Origin: a virus
Lineage: Duplodnaviria > Caudoviricetes
IMG/VR virus record: IMGVR_UViG_3300043443_000061
Coordinates: 1-37,980 of that record
Length of the DNA: 37,980 nt
Direction: 5' to 3' (one strand)
Shown: positions 1-8,889 of the stretch, piece after piece
How positions within the stretch are numbered: the first letter of the stretch is position 1
Layout of the letters: the number at the start of each line of letters is the position of its first letter
Position numbers and translations under genes: made by a program
Notes under the pieces: model-generated
What the model was told of the DNA's origin: nothing
The model's database searches: none
Seen by the model: only the letters and a program-made list of their open reading frames with translations

Positions 1-916
1 GTTCATCAACGAGGTCAATCTTATCTTCTGGTACTTCAATGTAGTGTTCTGCGAATAGTGACTTTAGACCAGAAATAAAGCCTTCTGCGATTTCGGCACG
101 TAGACCTGTATCAACAGCAACTTCATTAGCCTTCATCCACTCTTCGACAACATAATTGAGGTAACTATCAACTTGTTCTGCAACTGTATTGCGAATTGAT
201 TCTGTAGTAGCAGCAAGATATTCGTCGTTCTTAACAACGATCTTTTCTACGATTGCTTCTACGCGGGCAGCTGCAGCGGCTTCAAAAATAGTTGCTGCCT
301 TCTTGCGGAAATCTTCTGATAGAGATTCGCCATTAAATAGGGCATCAACGTCTTCTTGCATAGAAACCATGTTTGACTTTACCATGTCCTTAACGTCAAT
401 TGGTTCCCATACTGGAGCAGCAACTACTGGAGCAGCAACTTCTTCTTCGTTTGCTAGTTCTTCAGCAAGAGCGTCTAGTTCTTCTTCTGAAAGAGAAGCA
501 AGCATATCTTCTAGTTCTTCTTCTGAAAGTTCATTGACAACTTCTTCGTCAGAAATTTCTAGATCTTCTTCTAACTGTGCTAGTTCTTCTTCTGATAGAG
601 AAGCAAGGAACGCATCTAGTTCTTCTTCTGAAAGATCTTCTAGGTTAACTGTTTCTTCTGACTCTTCAGCCATTGCCTTACCCGAAGGACCGGAGTTAGG
701 AGTTGACGCTGACTTAGCATCGCCCTTAACAGCTGGCTTAGGTGCTTCTGAAGCAGCAGCTGCGGCTTTCTTGCCTTCGCCTTCTGCACCAGGATTTTCT
801 GTTGTTGCGCCGCCAAGGTCAACTACTTCACCAGGCAACTTCTTTGTTGGCTCTTGATTCTTGCCAATAGATGCCTTAATGATTTCAGCGGCTGTTTCGG
901 ATAAATTAATGCCCAT
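1..916 (-). CDS. gp22: Prohead core scaffold protein (T4 gp22-like), 3'-truncated by window edge; absent from ORF track
   Basis: Manual translation from ATG at 916 is open to the edge: MGINLSETAAEII...EDVDALFNGESLSEDFRKKAATIFEAA...VDSYLNYVVEEWMKANEVAVDTGLRAEIAEGFISGLKSLFAEHYIEVPEDKIDLVDE. These are gp22-family motifs. It lies directly after gp21, with RBS ACAGGAG and TATAAATA upstream. Confidence 0.93.
   Translation of the reverse strand, partial: MGINLSETAAEIIKASIGKNQEPTKKLPGEVVDLGGATTENPGAEGEGKKAAAAASEAPKPAVKGDAKSASTPNSGPSGKAMAEESEETVNLEDLSEEELDAFLASLSEEELAQLEEDLEISDEEVVNELSEEELEDMLASLSEEELDALAEELANEEEVAAPVVAAPVWEPIDVKDMVKSNMVSMQEDVDALFNGESLSEDFRKKAATIFEAAAAARVEAIVEKIVVKNDEYLAATTESIRNTVAEQVDSYLNYVVEEWMKANEVAVDTGLRAEIAEGFISGLKSLFAEHYIEVPEDKIDLVDE
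411..440. repeat. Perfect 15-bp tandem duplication in gp22 (encodes VAAPV-VAAP)
   Basis: actggagcagcaact x2. Confidence 0.9.
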
Positions 917-942
917 TTGTAAACTCCTGTAGAGATTATTCT

Positions 943-950
943 TATTTATA
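943..950 (-). promoter_or_regulatory. T4-type late promoter TATAAATA upstream of gp22
   Basis: Exact consensus (plus strand tatttata), intergenic, ~27 nt before the ATG. Confidence 0.85.
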
Positions 951-954
951 AATT

Positions 955-1599
955 TTAAAGTTTGGAGAGGAAATTTTCAAATATCTTGAGCGATACTTCC
1001 TCAATTTGCTTTTGCTTTGCCTTTTTAATTTCTTCGTACATTTCAACTACGTTCACTTCTTTCACCATACCATTATCCCATACCCATTCTTTACCTTCCA
1101 TAATGCCTTGTACGAATGCTCCAGGAGCAGAAGGGTCAGCAACGATATCAGCCGCTGTGGCTAGATAAAAATCGTCTTGTACTACGTTCACGCCGTTTAC
1201 TTCTTTGAGTGAACCCATACCTCTTGAAGAAACACCTAGTTGAGCACCGCCTTCAATTAGACTTGATGCAATCTTGCCCATAGGTGTTTCTAAAATCTTT
1301 GCTTTACCAACCCAGATATTGCCTTCACGTTGAAGACCAGTAATCAAGTGTGATACTCTATCTAGATTAATTGAAGGACCGTCTGGATGACCTAGTTCGC
1401 CAAACGCACGGTTCTTGGTAATGTATTCTTCATTGTATCTATTTACTTCGCGATCCATAACGTCTGCCTGATAGACACGACCATTGCGGTTCTTTGTCTC
1501 AGCGACTAGGAACGGACCTTGGATGTATAGACTCTTAACACCGTTCTTTTCTTCGGTGATATATTTGACTTGTTCTAAAGTTTCTGTAATAAGTTTCAT
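955..1599 (-). CDS. gp21: Prohead core protease (T4 gp21-like)
   Basis: MKLITE start, NRNGRVY, RAFGELGHP (catalytic His), LGVSSRGMGSL (catalytic Ser), DIVADPSAPGAFV; synteny. Confidence 0.96.
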   Translation of the reverse strand: MKLITETLEQVKYITEEKNGVKSLYIQGPFLVAETKNRNGRVYQADVMDREVNRYNEEYITKNRAFGELGHPDGPSINLDRVSHLITGLQREGNIWVGKAKILETPMGKIASSLIEGGAQLGVSSRGMGSLKEVNGVNVVQDDFYLATAADIVADPSAPGAFVQGIMEGKEWVWDNGMVKEVNVVEMYEEIKKAKQKQIEEVSLKIFENFLSKL

Positions 1600-1600
1600 C

Positions 1601-1873
1601 TTAGCCTCCGGCTGCTTTGCGTTTCGCTAATGAACGCTTACGCTTAATGAGAGCACGTGCACGTTTTGCCTTGCTCTTAATTGCTGCTTTTCTTGCGCCA
1701 CGCTTCCGGTCAATTTTTTCTTTTGCCGACATTCTAACTAGTTTGCCGCCTTTTAATTTGCTACCTTTTACCGTAGAAACTTTCTTACGACGTTGTATCT
1801 TGCCGCCTCGTACACGAACCTTGACAACTTTAATGCGGGCTTCAGTAATAATTTGCTCAATTAAATCGCTCAT
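1601..1873 (-). CDS. gp68: Basic prohead core protein (gp68-like)
   Basis: Very Lys/Arg-rich 90 aa ending RKRSLAKRK, directly upstream of gp21; I-T-E protease motif near the N-terminus. Confidence 0.75.
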   Translation of the reverse strand: MSDLIEQIITEARIKVVKVRVRGGKIQRRKKVSTVKGSKLKGGKLVRMSAKEKIDRKRGARKAAIKSKAKRARALIKRKRSLAKRKAAGG

Positions 1874-2331
1874 GGTGTGTTACCTTGTCTGTTTTGTAAG
1901 GCAGCAATTAATTGTGCATGCTGACGCTTTTGGCGATTTTGCATTGCGCGTTTCAATTGCTTTTCGCGATTTGCTCTATGCTTAGCAGATTGCTGTTCTC
2001 TTTGCTTTTTTGCCGCATCAGCTTTTGCTTTTTGACTATTGCCAAGTGCTTTTACAATACCAGCAAGTGCGCTGCTCGCACCTCCCATGACGTTAACGTA
2101 TTCATCAAGTTGCTCTTCATGAACTGGCATAATTGGGTTAGAAGATACTGTAGGTTGATGATTACCAAAAGGCACCATAAACGTTAGATTATATTTTTCG
2201 TTCGTATACAGCGCAACACGTTGTCCGTCTGGAAATACTCTAATGCCTCTACGACGTAAAACAAGCATGGCAGCAGGACTCATTTCTCCTGCTGCTTCTT
2301 TTAATTGTTGTCTTAAGTCTTTAAATTCCAT
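1870..2331 (-). CDS. Hypothetical prohead core / internal head protein
   Basis: Coupled on both sides (TAATG and ATGA overlaps) between gp67-like and gp68-like genes; N-terminus MEFKDLRQQLKEA; basic C-terminal half. Confidence 0.7.
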   Translation of the reverse strand: MEFKDLRQQLKEAAGEMSPAAMLVLRRRGIRVFPDGQRVALYTNEKYNLTFMVPFGNHQPTVSSNPIMPVHEEQLDEYVNVMGGASSALAGIVKALGNSQKAKADAAKKQREQQSAKHRANREKQLKRAMQNRQKRQHAQLIAALQNRQGNTP

Positions 2332-2708
2332 TAGGCACCTGTATTCGTATCTTTTAATGCTTTACGAACGGCACTGCCTGGTGTAGATACTTTATTGGCA
2401 GCAAATAGTTTCGGGAACATCTTTAACAAGTTTGCCTTATCACGCATTCCAAGTTTTTCGATGCCCGTCTTTTGCGCTCTAAGAATAGAGTTGCGTGTAG
2501 CAGGATCTGCGCCAGCAGCTGCAGCAAGTTGACGGTCAGATAGATTTGCTTCGTTTACTTCTGGTGAGTTAAACGTATGAGAAGCAAGTTCTACTTTCTT
2601 AACTTCAAGAGAGTCCGCAACTTTGCTAGCCATAACGTTATCGAACGCTGCAGCAGCTTCTTCGTTACGTCCGGCTAAAATCATATCAACTAAATCTCTA
2701 GTAGTCAT
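2331..2708 (-). CDS. gp67: Prohead core protein (gp67-like N-terminus) with basic C-terminal extension
   Basis: Directly follows portal; DLVDMILAG...AAAAFDNVMASKVADSLEVKKVELA resembles gp67-family helices; RBS AAGGA. Confidence 0.7.
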   Translation of the reverse strand: MTTRDLVDMILAGRNEEAAAAFDNVMASKVADSLEVKKVELASHTFNSPEVNEANLSDRQLAAAAGADPATRNSILRAQKTGIEKLGMRDKANLLKMFPKLFAANKVSTPGSAVRKALKDTNTGA

Positions 2709-2718
2709 TGGTTATCCT

Positions 2719-4329
2719 TTATTGCTGAGGAGCAGTACTGGTATTATTTATACCCTGCGCAGGTTGCATAGGTTGTGAACCCAGTGCTGCTGCTTGCGCT
2801 TGCTGCATCAAATTCATTTGAGCCATCTTTTCTTGCTCTGACTCAATTTCTTCATCCATCTGTTTAATTTCATCTTCAGTAAGGTGAAGAACGTTTTTTC
2901 TTACCCAGTTCATTGAGTAATAAGAACCAACATAAGGCACCATACTATTTAAAAGTAGAACGCGATTGGTTAGTAGTTCGGCGTCTTTTAGTTCAGCAAA
3001 GTTGTTATCCTTAAGGAAGTCATAATGAATATGCTCTTTCATCTCGTCCCATTCTTCAGGAGACGCGATGCCTTTAAGTGATAACTGACGCTTCATTAAC
3101 TCATCGAACATTACACTGAAACGATTACGAAGTCTTTCAACAAACTTTGAAAATCTTAATTCATCACGTGTAATTTCTGTGCTACGCCCAAGAGTAAAGC
3201 CTTGTTGAGATTCGAGTCTTGATACAGGTACTCCAAGCGACTTATAAAGTTTTTGCTCAAAGTACTTGACGTCAGACAACTCACCAAGGTTTTGTCCAGG
3301 AGGCAATGTTGTAATTTCTGTTGACTTACCTTCGCCGCGACGAGGCAACCAGAAGTCTTCAATCATTGACATAAAGCGGCGGTCGTCGCGCACTTCACCC
3401 GTATTAGCGTCATAAACAATCTTGTTACGGAACTTCGTCATAACGCTTTGTAGATACTGGTCTGCTTTCTGCTTAGGCAAATTACCAACGTCAATGTAGA
3501 ACACACGACGTTCTGGTGCGCGCGATAAGCGATAGATAACAACTGCGTCTTCAATCATTCGCAATTGATTCATTGGCTTGATTGCCTTATGGAGATAGGA
3601 AAGAACAATGTTCTTTGTTACGTCCATTAGACCAGAGTTAATATTAACAATCGCGTCTGGTGCAATCTTAAGAGCAGCGTCAATCGGATTACTTACAACG
3701 TTGTTATTCGTCTTAAGAATTGCATCGCTATACAAGTAGAATTCTTCTTCGCTGCCTACAACTTCTATTCCTGTTCTAGGATCTTTTTGCTTGGTTACAG
3801 TTTTAACCTTACGGACTTTTCTAGGATCTAGATAAACAAGTCCGGTTATACCAAGTTTAGGATTAGCGTTGTTAATTTGTACTTGGTAGAATAGTCTACC
3901 GTCAACGTACCAACGGCGAAATACGTCTGCGCCATTGTTACTAAAATCTAAAAGTTTGATAACTTCCTTAAACTCATTGCGAATAATTTCTTTAAATCCG
4001 TCGTCGTATGGAAGTTCATCTAGAATAATTTCAACGGTCTTACCGTTTTCGTCGTGTACGATAGATTCGTTTACGACTTCATCAACTGCTTGTTCAACTT
4101 CTGGCTGCATAGCCATAGCACGATAACGAGAAATAAGATCGTTCTCGTCTTTGAAAGCAGTTTCCAAGTTAAGATAAGTCCCATAGTAACCACCAACGGC
4201 ACTGGAACTGATACTGATAGCACCGTCATCTGATTGTTGCGGTGCAATAGGAGGCTGTTGAGACTGTTGCAGTTTGTCTAAATCAGAACTGCGAACCAGC
4301 TCAAAACCAAAAAGATTAAATCCTGCCAT
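2719..4329 (-). CDS. gp20: Portal vertex protein (T4 gp20-like)
   Basis: FRRWYVDGRLFY, SYLHKAIKPMNQLRMIEDAVVIYRLSRAPERRVFYIDVGNLP, EDFWLPRRGEGKSTEITTLPPGQ, EITRDELRFSKF. Confidence 0.98.
   Translation of the reverse strand: MAGFNLFGFELVRSSDLDKLQQSQQPPIAPQQSDDGAISISSSAVGGYYGTYLNLETAFKDENDLISRYRAMAMQPEVEQAVDEVVNESIVHDENGKTVEIILDELPYDDGFKEIIRNEFKEVIKLLDFSNNGADVFRRWYVDGRLFYQVQINNANPKLGITGLVYLDPRKVRKVKTVTKQKDPRTGIEVVGSEEEFYLYSDAILKTNNNVVSNPIDAALKIAPDAIVNINSGLMDVTKNIVLSYLHKAIKPMNQLRMIEDAVVIYRLSRAPERRVFYIDVGNLPKQKADQYLQSVMTKFRNKIVYDANTGEVRDDRRFMSMIEDFWLPRRGEGKSTEITTLPPGQNLGELSDVKYFEQKLYKSLGVPVSRLESQQGFTLGRSTEITRDELRFSKFVERLRNRFSVMFDELMKRQLSLKGIASPEEWDEMKEHIHYDFLKDNNFAELKDAELLTNRVLLLNSMVPYVGSYYSMNWVRKNVLHLTEDEIKQMDEEIESEQEKMAQMNLMQQAQAAALGSQPMQPAQGINNTSTAPQQ
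2745..2752 (-). promoter_or_regulatory. Late promoter TATAAATA in the 3' end of portal, upstream of gp67
   Basis: Exact consensus ~37 nt before the ATG at 2708. Confidence 0.75.
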
Positions 4330-4343
4330 GTTTACCTCATATC

Positions 4344-4370
4344 AAAAGGGGGAGAGTTACCCCTCCCCCT
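4344..4370 (-). terminator. Rho-independent terminator after tail tube gene
   Basis: Minus strand AGGGGGAGGG-GTAA-CTCTCCCCCT-TTT: 10-bp stem with one G-U pair, GNRA loop, short U tail. Confidence 0.8.
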
Positions 4371-4380
4371 GTGTTCAACT

Positions 4381-5043
4381 TTACTGTACTGCGCCGTCTA
4401 GCGTAGTGTCAGCGGTTGCGCCCTGTGTGGCAGGGTTATTAACCACTACATCAGGTGATGCGCTGGCATTAGTTGCCTCTGTACCAGTGCTTACCTTGCT
4501 CAATTCATCTGTCAACCAGTACTGGTATGCAAATGTTACAGTAAACTCTTCAATGGTATCATTCGAACCCCAGTCTAGGTCGATTGGTGCGACGTTTGAT
4601 GGGAATGCGCCAATTAGAGAATACTTTCTAAATGCCTTACCGAGTTTGTTGTAGTGAATTACGCTAACTTGTGATGTATATTGGTCGCTGTTAGAAACAC
4701 CCTGACGACCAGTACGAAGATTCGATACAGGGTCATTAATCATTCTGTGCCAATTTTCAAAGTTGCGACGTAGAACATACTTTTCGTCTGCAAGAACGGT
4801 TACTGTCCAGTCGTCGTATGTGCGATTGCCAGCAACCTTTACCTGACGACCAAAGTATGGGACTTCAATTACTCCCATGTTTGAGCCAGGAACCTGCGCT
4901 GCCTTACACATAAATCTAAACTGTGCAGGATTACCGACGGCGTTTACCAAACCCGGGAAACGAAGTTCAACTTCGAATAGATTTGGACGTGCGCCGTCAT
5001 CCATTAGACCTTGTTGTCTAAATGTATCTACATTAAATGCCAT
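4381..5043 (-). CDS. gp19: Tail tube protein (T4 gp19-like)
   Basis: GARPNLFEV, FMCKAAQVPGS, YFGRQVKVAGNRTYDDWTVTV, IDLDWGSNDTIEEFTVTFAYQYW; RBS AAGGAG. Confidence 0.96.
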   Translation of the reverse strand: MAFNVDTFRQQGLMDDGARPNLFEVELRFPGLVNAVGNPAQFRFMCKAAQVPGSNMGVIEVPYFGRQVKVAGNRTYDDWTVTVLADEKYVLRRNFENWHRMINDPVSNLRTGRQGVSNSDQYTSQVSVIHYNKLGKAFRKYSLIGAFPSNVAPIDLDWGSNDTIEEFTVTFAYQYWLTDELSKVSTGTEATNASASPDVVVNNPATQGATADTTLDGAVQ

Positions 5044-5069
5044 TTGTAATTCTCCTTAACCGTATTGGT

Positions 5070-5077
5070 TATTTATT
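5070..5077 (-). promoter_or_regulatory. Late promoter variant AATAAATA upstream of gp19
   Basis: One mismatch to TATAAATA, ~27 nt before the ATG, overlapping the gp18 stop. Confidence 0.65.
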
Positions 5078-6818
5078 AGACTGTTGCACGACCAATTACT
5101 TCTTCGAACTGAACGCCCGTGCGCATTGCGACGAAGTTTAGTTGGATGAAGTTGACGCTCTTGGCTGGCTTGATGTAGATGTCGCCAACAAACTCATTAC
5201 GGTCAATGAGGTCTGGTGGGTTGTTTCTTTCATCACAGATTACACGGTAGTCATAGATACCGCGACCTGCCATTACCGAGCGCAAGTATGGGTCAACTAG
5301 AGACACAAACTGGCTGCGTGTAAACTCATCATTGAACTCGAATAGAGATGCCTTTGCAGCACGTGCAATTGCCTTCTCAAGAATCATGAATAGACGACGT
5401 ACATTAATGCGGTCAAATGCGCTTACGCGACCTAGTAGAGTCTTGTCGCCGTAGAGGTATGTACCTTCACCTGCGAAAGAAACAACTGGATTGATATCTG
5501 CCTTGTAAAGAATATCGCGGTCTGCCTTGTCTGGGTTGTAAGCCAACTTAACAAGATTCTTAATCTGACCACGAGCAGGACCAGCAGGCGAGAACCACGG
5601 CTGACGCTCTGCATCTGTACGAGCAGCACATCCAGCAACGTCACCGTTTAGAGGAACCCAACGGTATGTATCCCAGTACTTGTCGTACATATACTTCCAA
5701 CCGCTATCCATTACAGCGTATGAGCTGTATCCATACGTTGCTCTTCTGGCAGGAATATCAATTTCTGGTTGCGTTGATTGTGCATTTGCTAGTGTTGGTG
5801 AGCAGAATACCAAGCAATCTTTACGTCCTTCTGCAACCGTAATTGCATTATTCACTACTTCACTAGCATGCGCGCCAGTTAGAATTAGACCAACATCAAC
5901 TGTTGGGCTGCTAAAGACATTTGCTGCGCGCATCACATCTGCATTTGTAACAGCGACGTATGTGCCGTTTGCTAAAGAGTATGATACATTGGCTGCTCCA
6001 GCAGCATGCTCACCGAATATATACGTTGCATTAGCCGATACACCCCAATCGCTAGCGCCAGTAATCAAACCAAGATTTGCTGTTGGATGACCGACGTGGT
6101 ATATAAAACGTGACTTGTTGAGAAGAACGTCCTTATAATACATGCTATTGTTGTTCTGGTCTTTAGCATTTGTTGCCTTAGAAGCAACAAACTTTTCTAG
6201 AACCGTATTCGGCACACCTGAAATTGCACCAGTGCGGTCTACAACAGCAATATACAATTCATCATTAGCCGTAGTTGTGCCAAAGTTTGAACGGATCCAA
6301 TCAGAAGTTGCTGGTTTACGGTCAAAGTATGTACCAAACTTCCAGTCGGACAGCGCATTAACTGTATTTGCCCATAAAGAAACGTCTAGATTGTTACCTA
6401 GTGTGCCAGGATAACGTGCCATGAAGACGCCATTAGCTGTAGGCGTTGGATTTGCTACATAAGTGTCAGAATTTTTTACTTGTGCGCCATCATTTGCCGC
6501 GACGTATACCTTATTATTTCTGACGGCTACAGCATTGTTAGAAGCCGAATTTACCGCACGAGAAACAACGAGGCTTCCTGAGTATGCAAGGAAAGATGCT
6601 GCGGTAAAAAAGTCTGTGATATTGTTGCCAGAAGAAGAATACGGTGGCTTACCGAAACGTTCTACTAACTTTAGTTCGCTAGAAATTGGCTGGGCAATTT
6701 CTGCTGGTCCCCACTCAAATTCGCCGGCAATTGCGCCGACTGTACCAGCTGGTGCTGGAATTGCTGAGGTTAAATCATACTCTGTGACATTCACGCCTGG
6801 TGATACTTGAAATGGCAT
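5076..6818 (-). CDS. gp18: Contractile tail sheath protein (T4 gp18-like)
   Basis: SPGVNVTEYDLT, FEWGP, YRWVPLNGDVAG, PWFSPAG, YGDKT, SAFDRINVRRLF, FEFNDEFTR, IKPAKSVNFIQLNF; RBS ACAGGAG. Confidence 0.98.
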   Translation of the reverse strand: MPFQVSPGVNVTEYDLTSAIPAPAGTVGAIAGEFEWGPAEIAQPISSELKLVERFGKPPYSSSGNNITDFFTAASFLAYSGSLVVSRAVNSASNNAVAVRNNKVYVAANDGAQVKNSDTYVANPTPTANGVFMARYPGTLGNNLDVSLWANTVNALSDWKFGTYFDRKPATSDWIRSNFGTTTANDELYIAVVDRTGAISGVPNTVLEKFVASKATNAKDQNNNSMYYKDVLLNKSRFIYHVGHPTANLGLITGASDWGVSANATYIFGEHAAGAANVSYSLANGTYVAVTNADVMRAANVFSSPTVDVGLILTGAHASEVVNNAITVAEGRKDCLVFCSPTLANAQSTQPEIDIPARRATYGYSSYAVMDSGWKYMYDKYWDTYRWVPLNGDVAGCAARTDAERQPWFSPAGPARGQIKNLVKLAYNPDKADRDILYKADINPVVSFAGEGTYLYGDKTLLGRVSAFDRINVRRLFMILEKAIARAAKASLFEFNDEFTRSQFVSLVDPYLRSVMAGRGIYDYRVICDERNNPPDLIDRNEFVGDIYIKPAKSVNFIQLNFVAMRTGVQFEEVIGRATV

Positions 6819-6852
6819 TTTAATACTCCTGTTAAGGACGAATCCGTTATTA

Positions 6853-6860
6853 TATTTATA
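6853..6860 (-). promoter_or_regulatory. Late promoter TATAAATA upstream of gp18
   Basis: Exact consensus, intergenic, ~35 nt before the ATG. Confidence 0.85.
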
Positions 6861-6863
6861 AAA

Positions 6864-8498
6864 TTATGGTTTTACGACTGACCAGACTGCTCCGTCAGAA
6901 ACGAACCTTTCTTCTGCTGCATCTCCAATATCATTAAAATACGGCAGTGGTAGAGATTCTTCTTCAATTTGAGTCATCTGCTCTCTATACAATTTCTCTC
7001 TGATATTCGTGTTGCAAAGGTCAGAAAAGAATTGCTGATTCGTCATCCACGAAAAAAGCACTAAACACATTACAAGGTCGTCGTGTGACCCCTCATCAGC
7101 CTCATAACTAGTACCCTTATTTATAAATGTAGAAAGTTCAGAAATTATATGGAAATCTTCTACTAGAAGTTTTCTATTTTCAATCAGATTTTTCATCAAA
7201 GAGCAACCAAGCCGCTTTACTGATTTAGTTGTTCTGATACCTCTTTCTGCCTTGCCGTGCGACCAAGTCAGGGTCATTTTTTTACCGACTTCTATAGTAG
7301 ACAAAATGTTCTCATACTCGAAATCATCAAATAGACTATAAGATATCTGTTGACCGTTATCATTAATCTCAACAAGCACATAAGCGTCGTTGTAGTACTT
7401 GCATATCTTGTTGACGATAGAAGGATAAACGATAGGGGATATTTCGTTGTCTTTATATGTGCACACAACCTTATAGGGTATCTCCGTGACATCTACAACA
7501 ACGAACGCAGAATAATCTAAACCTTTGCCTCTAGAAGTATCTACCGTTACAACATAACTTCTATTTGGGGCAGGTTCTGTGTGTATGTTTAATCCTACAA
7601 TAGTAGACCCAGAAATGGGTTGCCGAAAGGTTAAAGATTTGAGCACCATACCGCTTATGAGCGTACCAGCACTGCCCATAAACTCACATTCCATTTCTTG
7701 AAGATACTTTTCTTCTCCGAGAACAGAACGTTGGTCTGCTGCCCACCTTTCATCTCTACCGGGAACTTGTCGCCAGTTGGCTTCAATAGCAACAAACCCA
7801 TTGCGCTTTTCTACGGCATCTGTCCACATCTTATAATAGTGGTTCATGCCGTTGGGTGTAGATGAGATTAGAATCTTTGAACTCGTACCAGATGAAATGG
7901 TAGGGTAAACAGAAGTAAAGAACTCATCTGCAATGTTGCTAGGAACGAAGGCAAACTCGTCAAGGTACAAAAGCGAGATAGAGAAACCACGAATCGCGCT
8001 AGATGCTGTTGATGTTGCCATAATGCGGCAATTGTTCTCTAATTCAATGTCACCCTTGTTCCAAGTGCGCACACCTTGCTGTAACCACATAGGTAATGCT
8101 TCATATGCAATCTTAACACGGGCAAGAATTTCACGAGCCGTTGCTGCCTTGTTAGCCAATACTGCGACGGTCTTATCTTCGTTAAAAAGAATGTACCAGA
8201 GAATGTAACCAACAACCATCGTAGTCTTACCGACCTGACGACCTGCTTTGACGATTACGCGACGGTTCTCGTTAATTTCTCTAACTGCTTTCTTTTGGAA
8301 AGGATATAGATCTATCTTTACGAAACCCTTGTCAAGAGTGATAATCTTGACAAAGTTCTCAATAAAATAGATCGGGTCTTGAGCGCATTTGACAAACTCT
8401 CCAACCTGGTCAACGTCTAGTTCTACATTGACGCCGACCTTTTTTAACTTAGGGTTGCCGAGATATGTCTTTAGTTTACTGAGTATTTGCTGATTCAT
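6864..8498 (-). CDS. gp17: Terminase large subunit (T4 gp17-like)
   Basis: YLGNPKLKK, GRQVGKTT (Walker A), LLYLDEFAF (Walker B), SSTPNGMNHYY, nuclease motifs VDTSRGKGLDYSAF and HDDLVM; uninterrupted. Confidence 0.98.
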   Translation of the reverse strand: MNQQILSKLKTYLGNPKLKKVGVNVELDVDQVGEFVKCAQDPIYFIENFVKIITLDKGFVKIDLYPFQKKAVREINENRRVIVKAGRQVGKTTMVVGYILWYILFNEDKTVAVLANKAATAREILARVKIAYEALPMWLQQGVRTWNKGDIELENNCRIMATSTASSAIRGFSISLLYLDEFAFVPSNIADEFFTSVYPTISSGTSSKILISSTPNGMNHYYKMWTDAVEKRNGFVAIEANWRQVPGRDERWAADQRSVLGEEKYLQEMECEFMGSAGTLISGMVLKSLTFRQPISGSTIVGLNIHTEPAPNRSYVVTVDTSRGKGLDYSAFVVVDVTEIPYKVVCTYKDNEISPIVYPSIVNKICKYYNDAYVLVEINDNGQQISYSLFDDFEYENILSTIEVGKKMTLTWSHGKAERGIRTTKSVKRLGCSLMKNLIENRKLLVEDFHIISELSTFINKGTSYEADEGSHDDLVMCLVLFSWMTNQQFFSDLCNTNIREKLYREQMTQIEEESLPLPYFNDIGDAAEERFVSDGAVWSVVKP

Positions 8499-8886
8499 TC
8501 TTTATCTTCCTAAGCAGTTCTGTAGTAGATCCTACAAAAACGGCTTTGTCCACGGTCACTTGTGTTGGTGTAGGATTAGCAACTCTTTCCATTTCTTGTT
8601 TTTGTTTCTGTAACAAGATAAGTTTATCTGTCATGTCACTTAGATTCTTCATCATAGTGGCAGCAACTTCATATGCTCTAGGATGTTGAGATTCTCTAGC
8701 AACCGCAAGAATACCGTCTAATGCCTCACTGCCACGTTCTATTAGGCTATAGTGATTCATTCTAGAATAATCGTAATCTTGCTTTGTTGTTTCTGGCACA
8801 GCAGCAACAGGAAGATTCTTAGGAGTTTCTTGCAACTCGTAGTCTGCTTCTATAATCTTATTCAAATTAGCATCAACATCTGTCAT
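8476..8886 (-). CDS. gp16: Terminase small subunit (T4 gp16-like)
   Basis: DYDYSR, ESQHPRAYEVA, AVFVGSTTEL; overlaps the gp17 start. Confidence 0.93.
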   Translation of the reverse strand: MTDVDANLNKIIEADYELQETPKNLPVAAVPETTKQDYDYSRMNHYSLIERGSEALDGILAVARESQHPRAYEVAATMMKNLSDMTDKLILLQKQKQEMERVANPTPTQVTVDKAVFVGSTTELLRKIKNESANTQ

Positions 8887-8889
8887 AAA

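Noticed and set aside
470-640. Resemblance of LASLSEEEL to the tropomodulin N-terminal helix
   Set aside because: Short low-complexity acidic helix inside a clear phage scaffold protein; most likely convergent.
189-857. 222-aa Ser-rich plus-strand ORF
   Set aside because: Antisense shadow of the Glu-rich gp22 gene (GAA codons read as TCT/TTC).
7118-7125. Perfect TATAAATA inside terminase large subunit
   Set aside because: About 300 nt from the next start, which has its own promoter; may be real but cannot be supported here.
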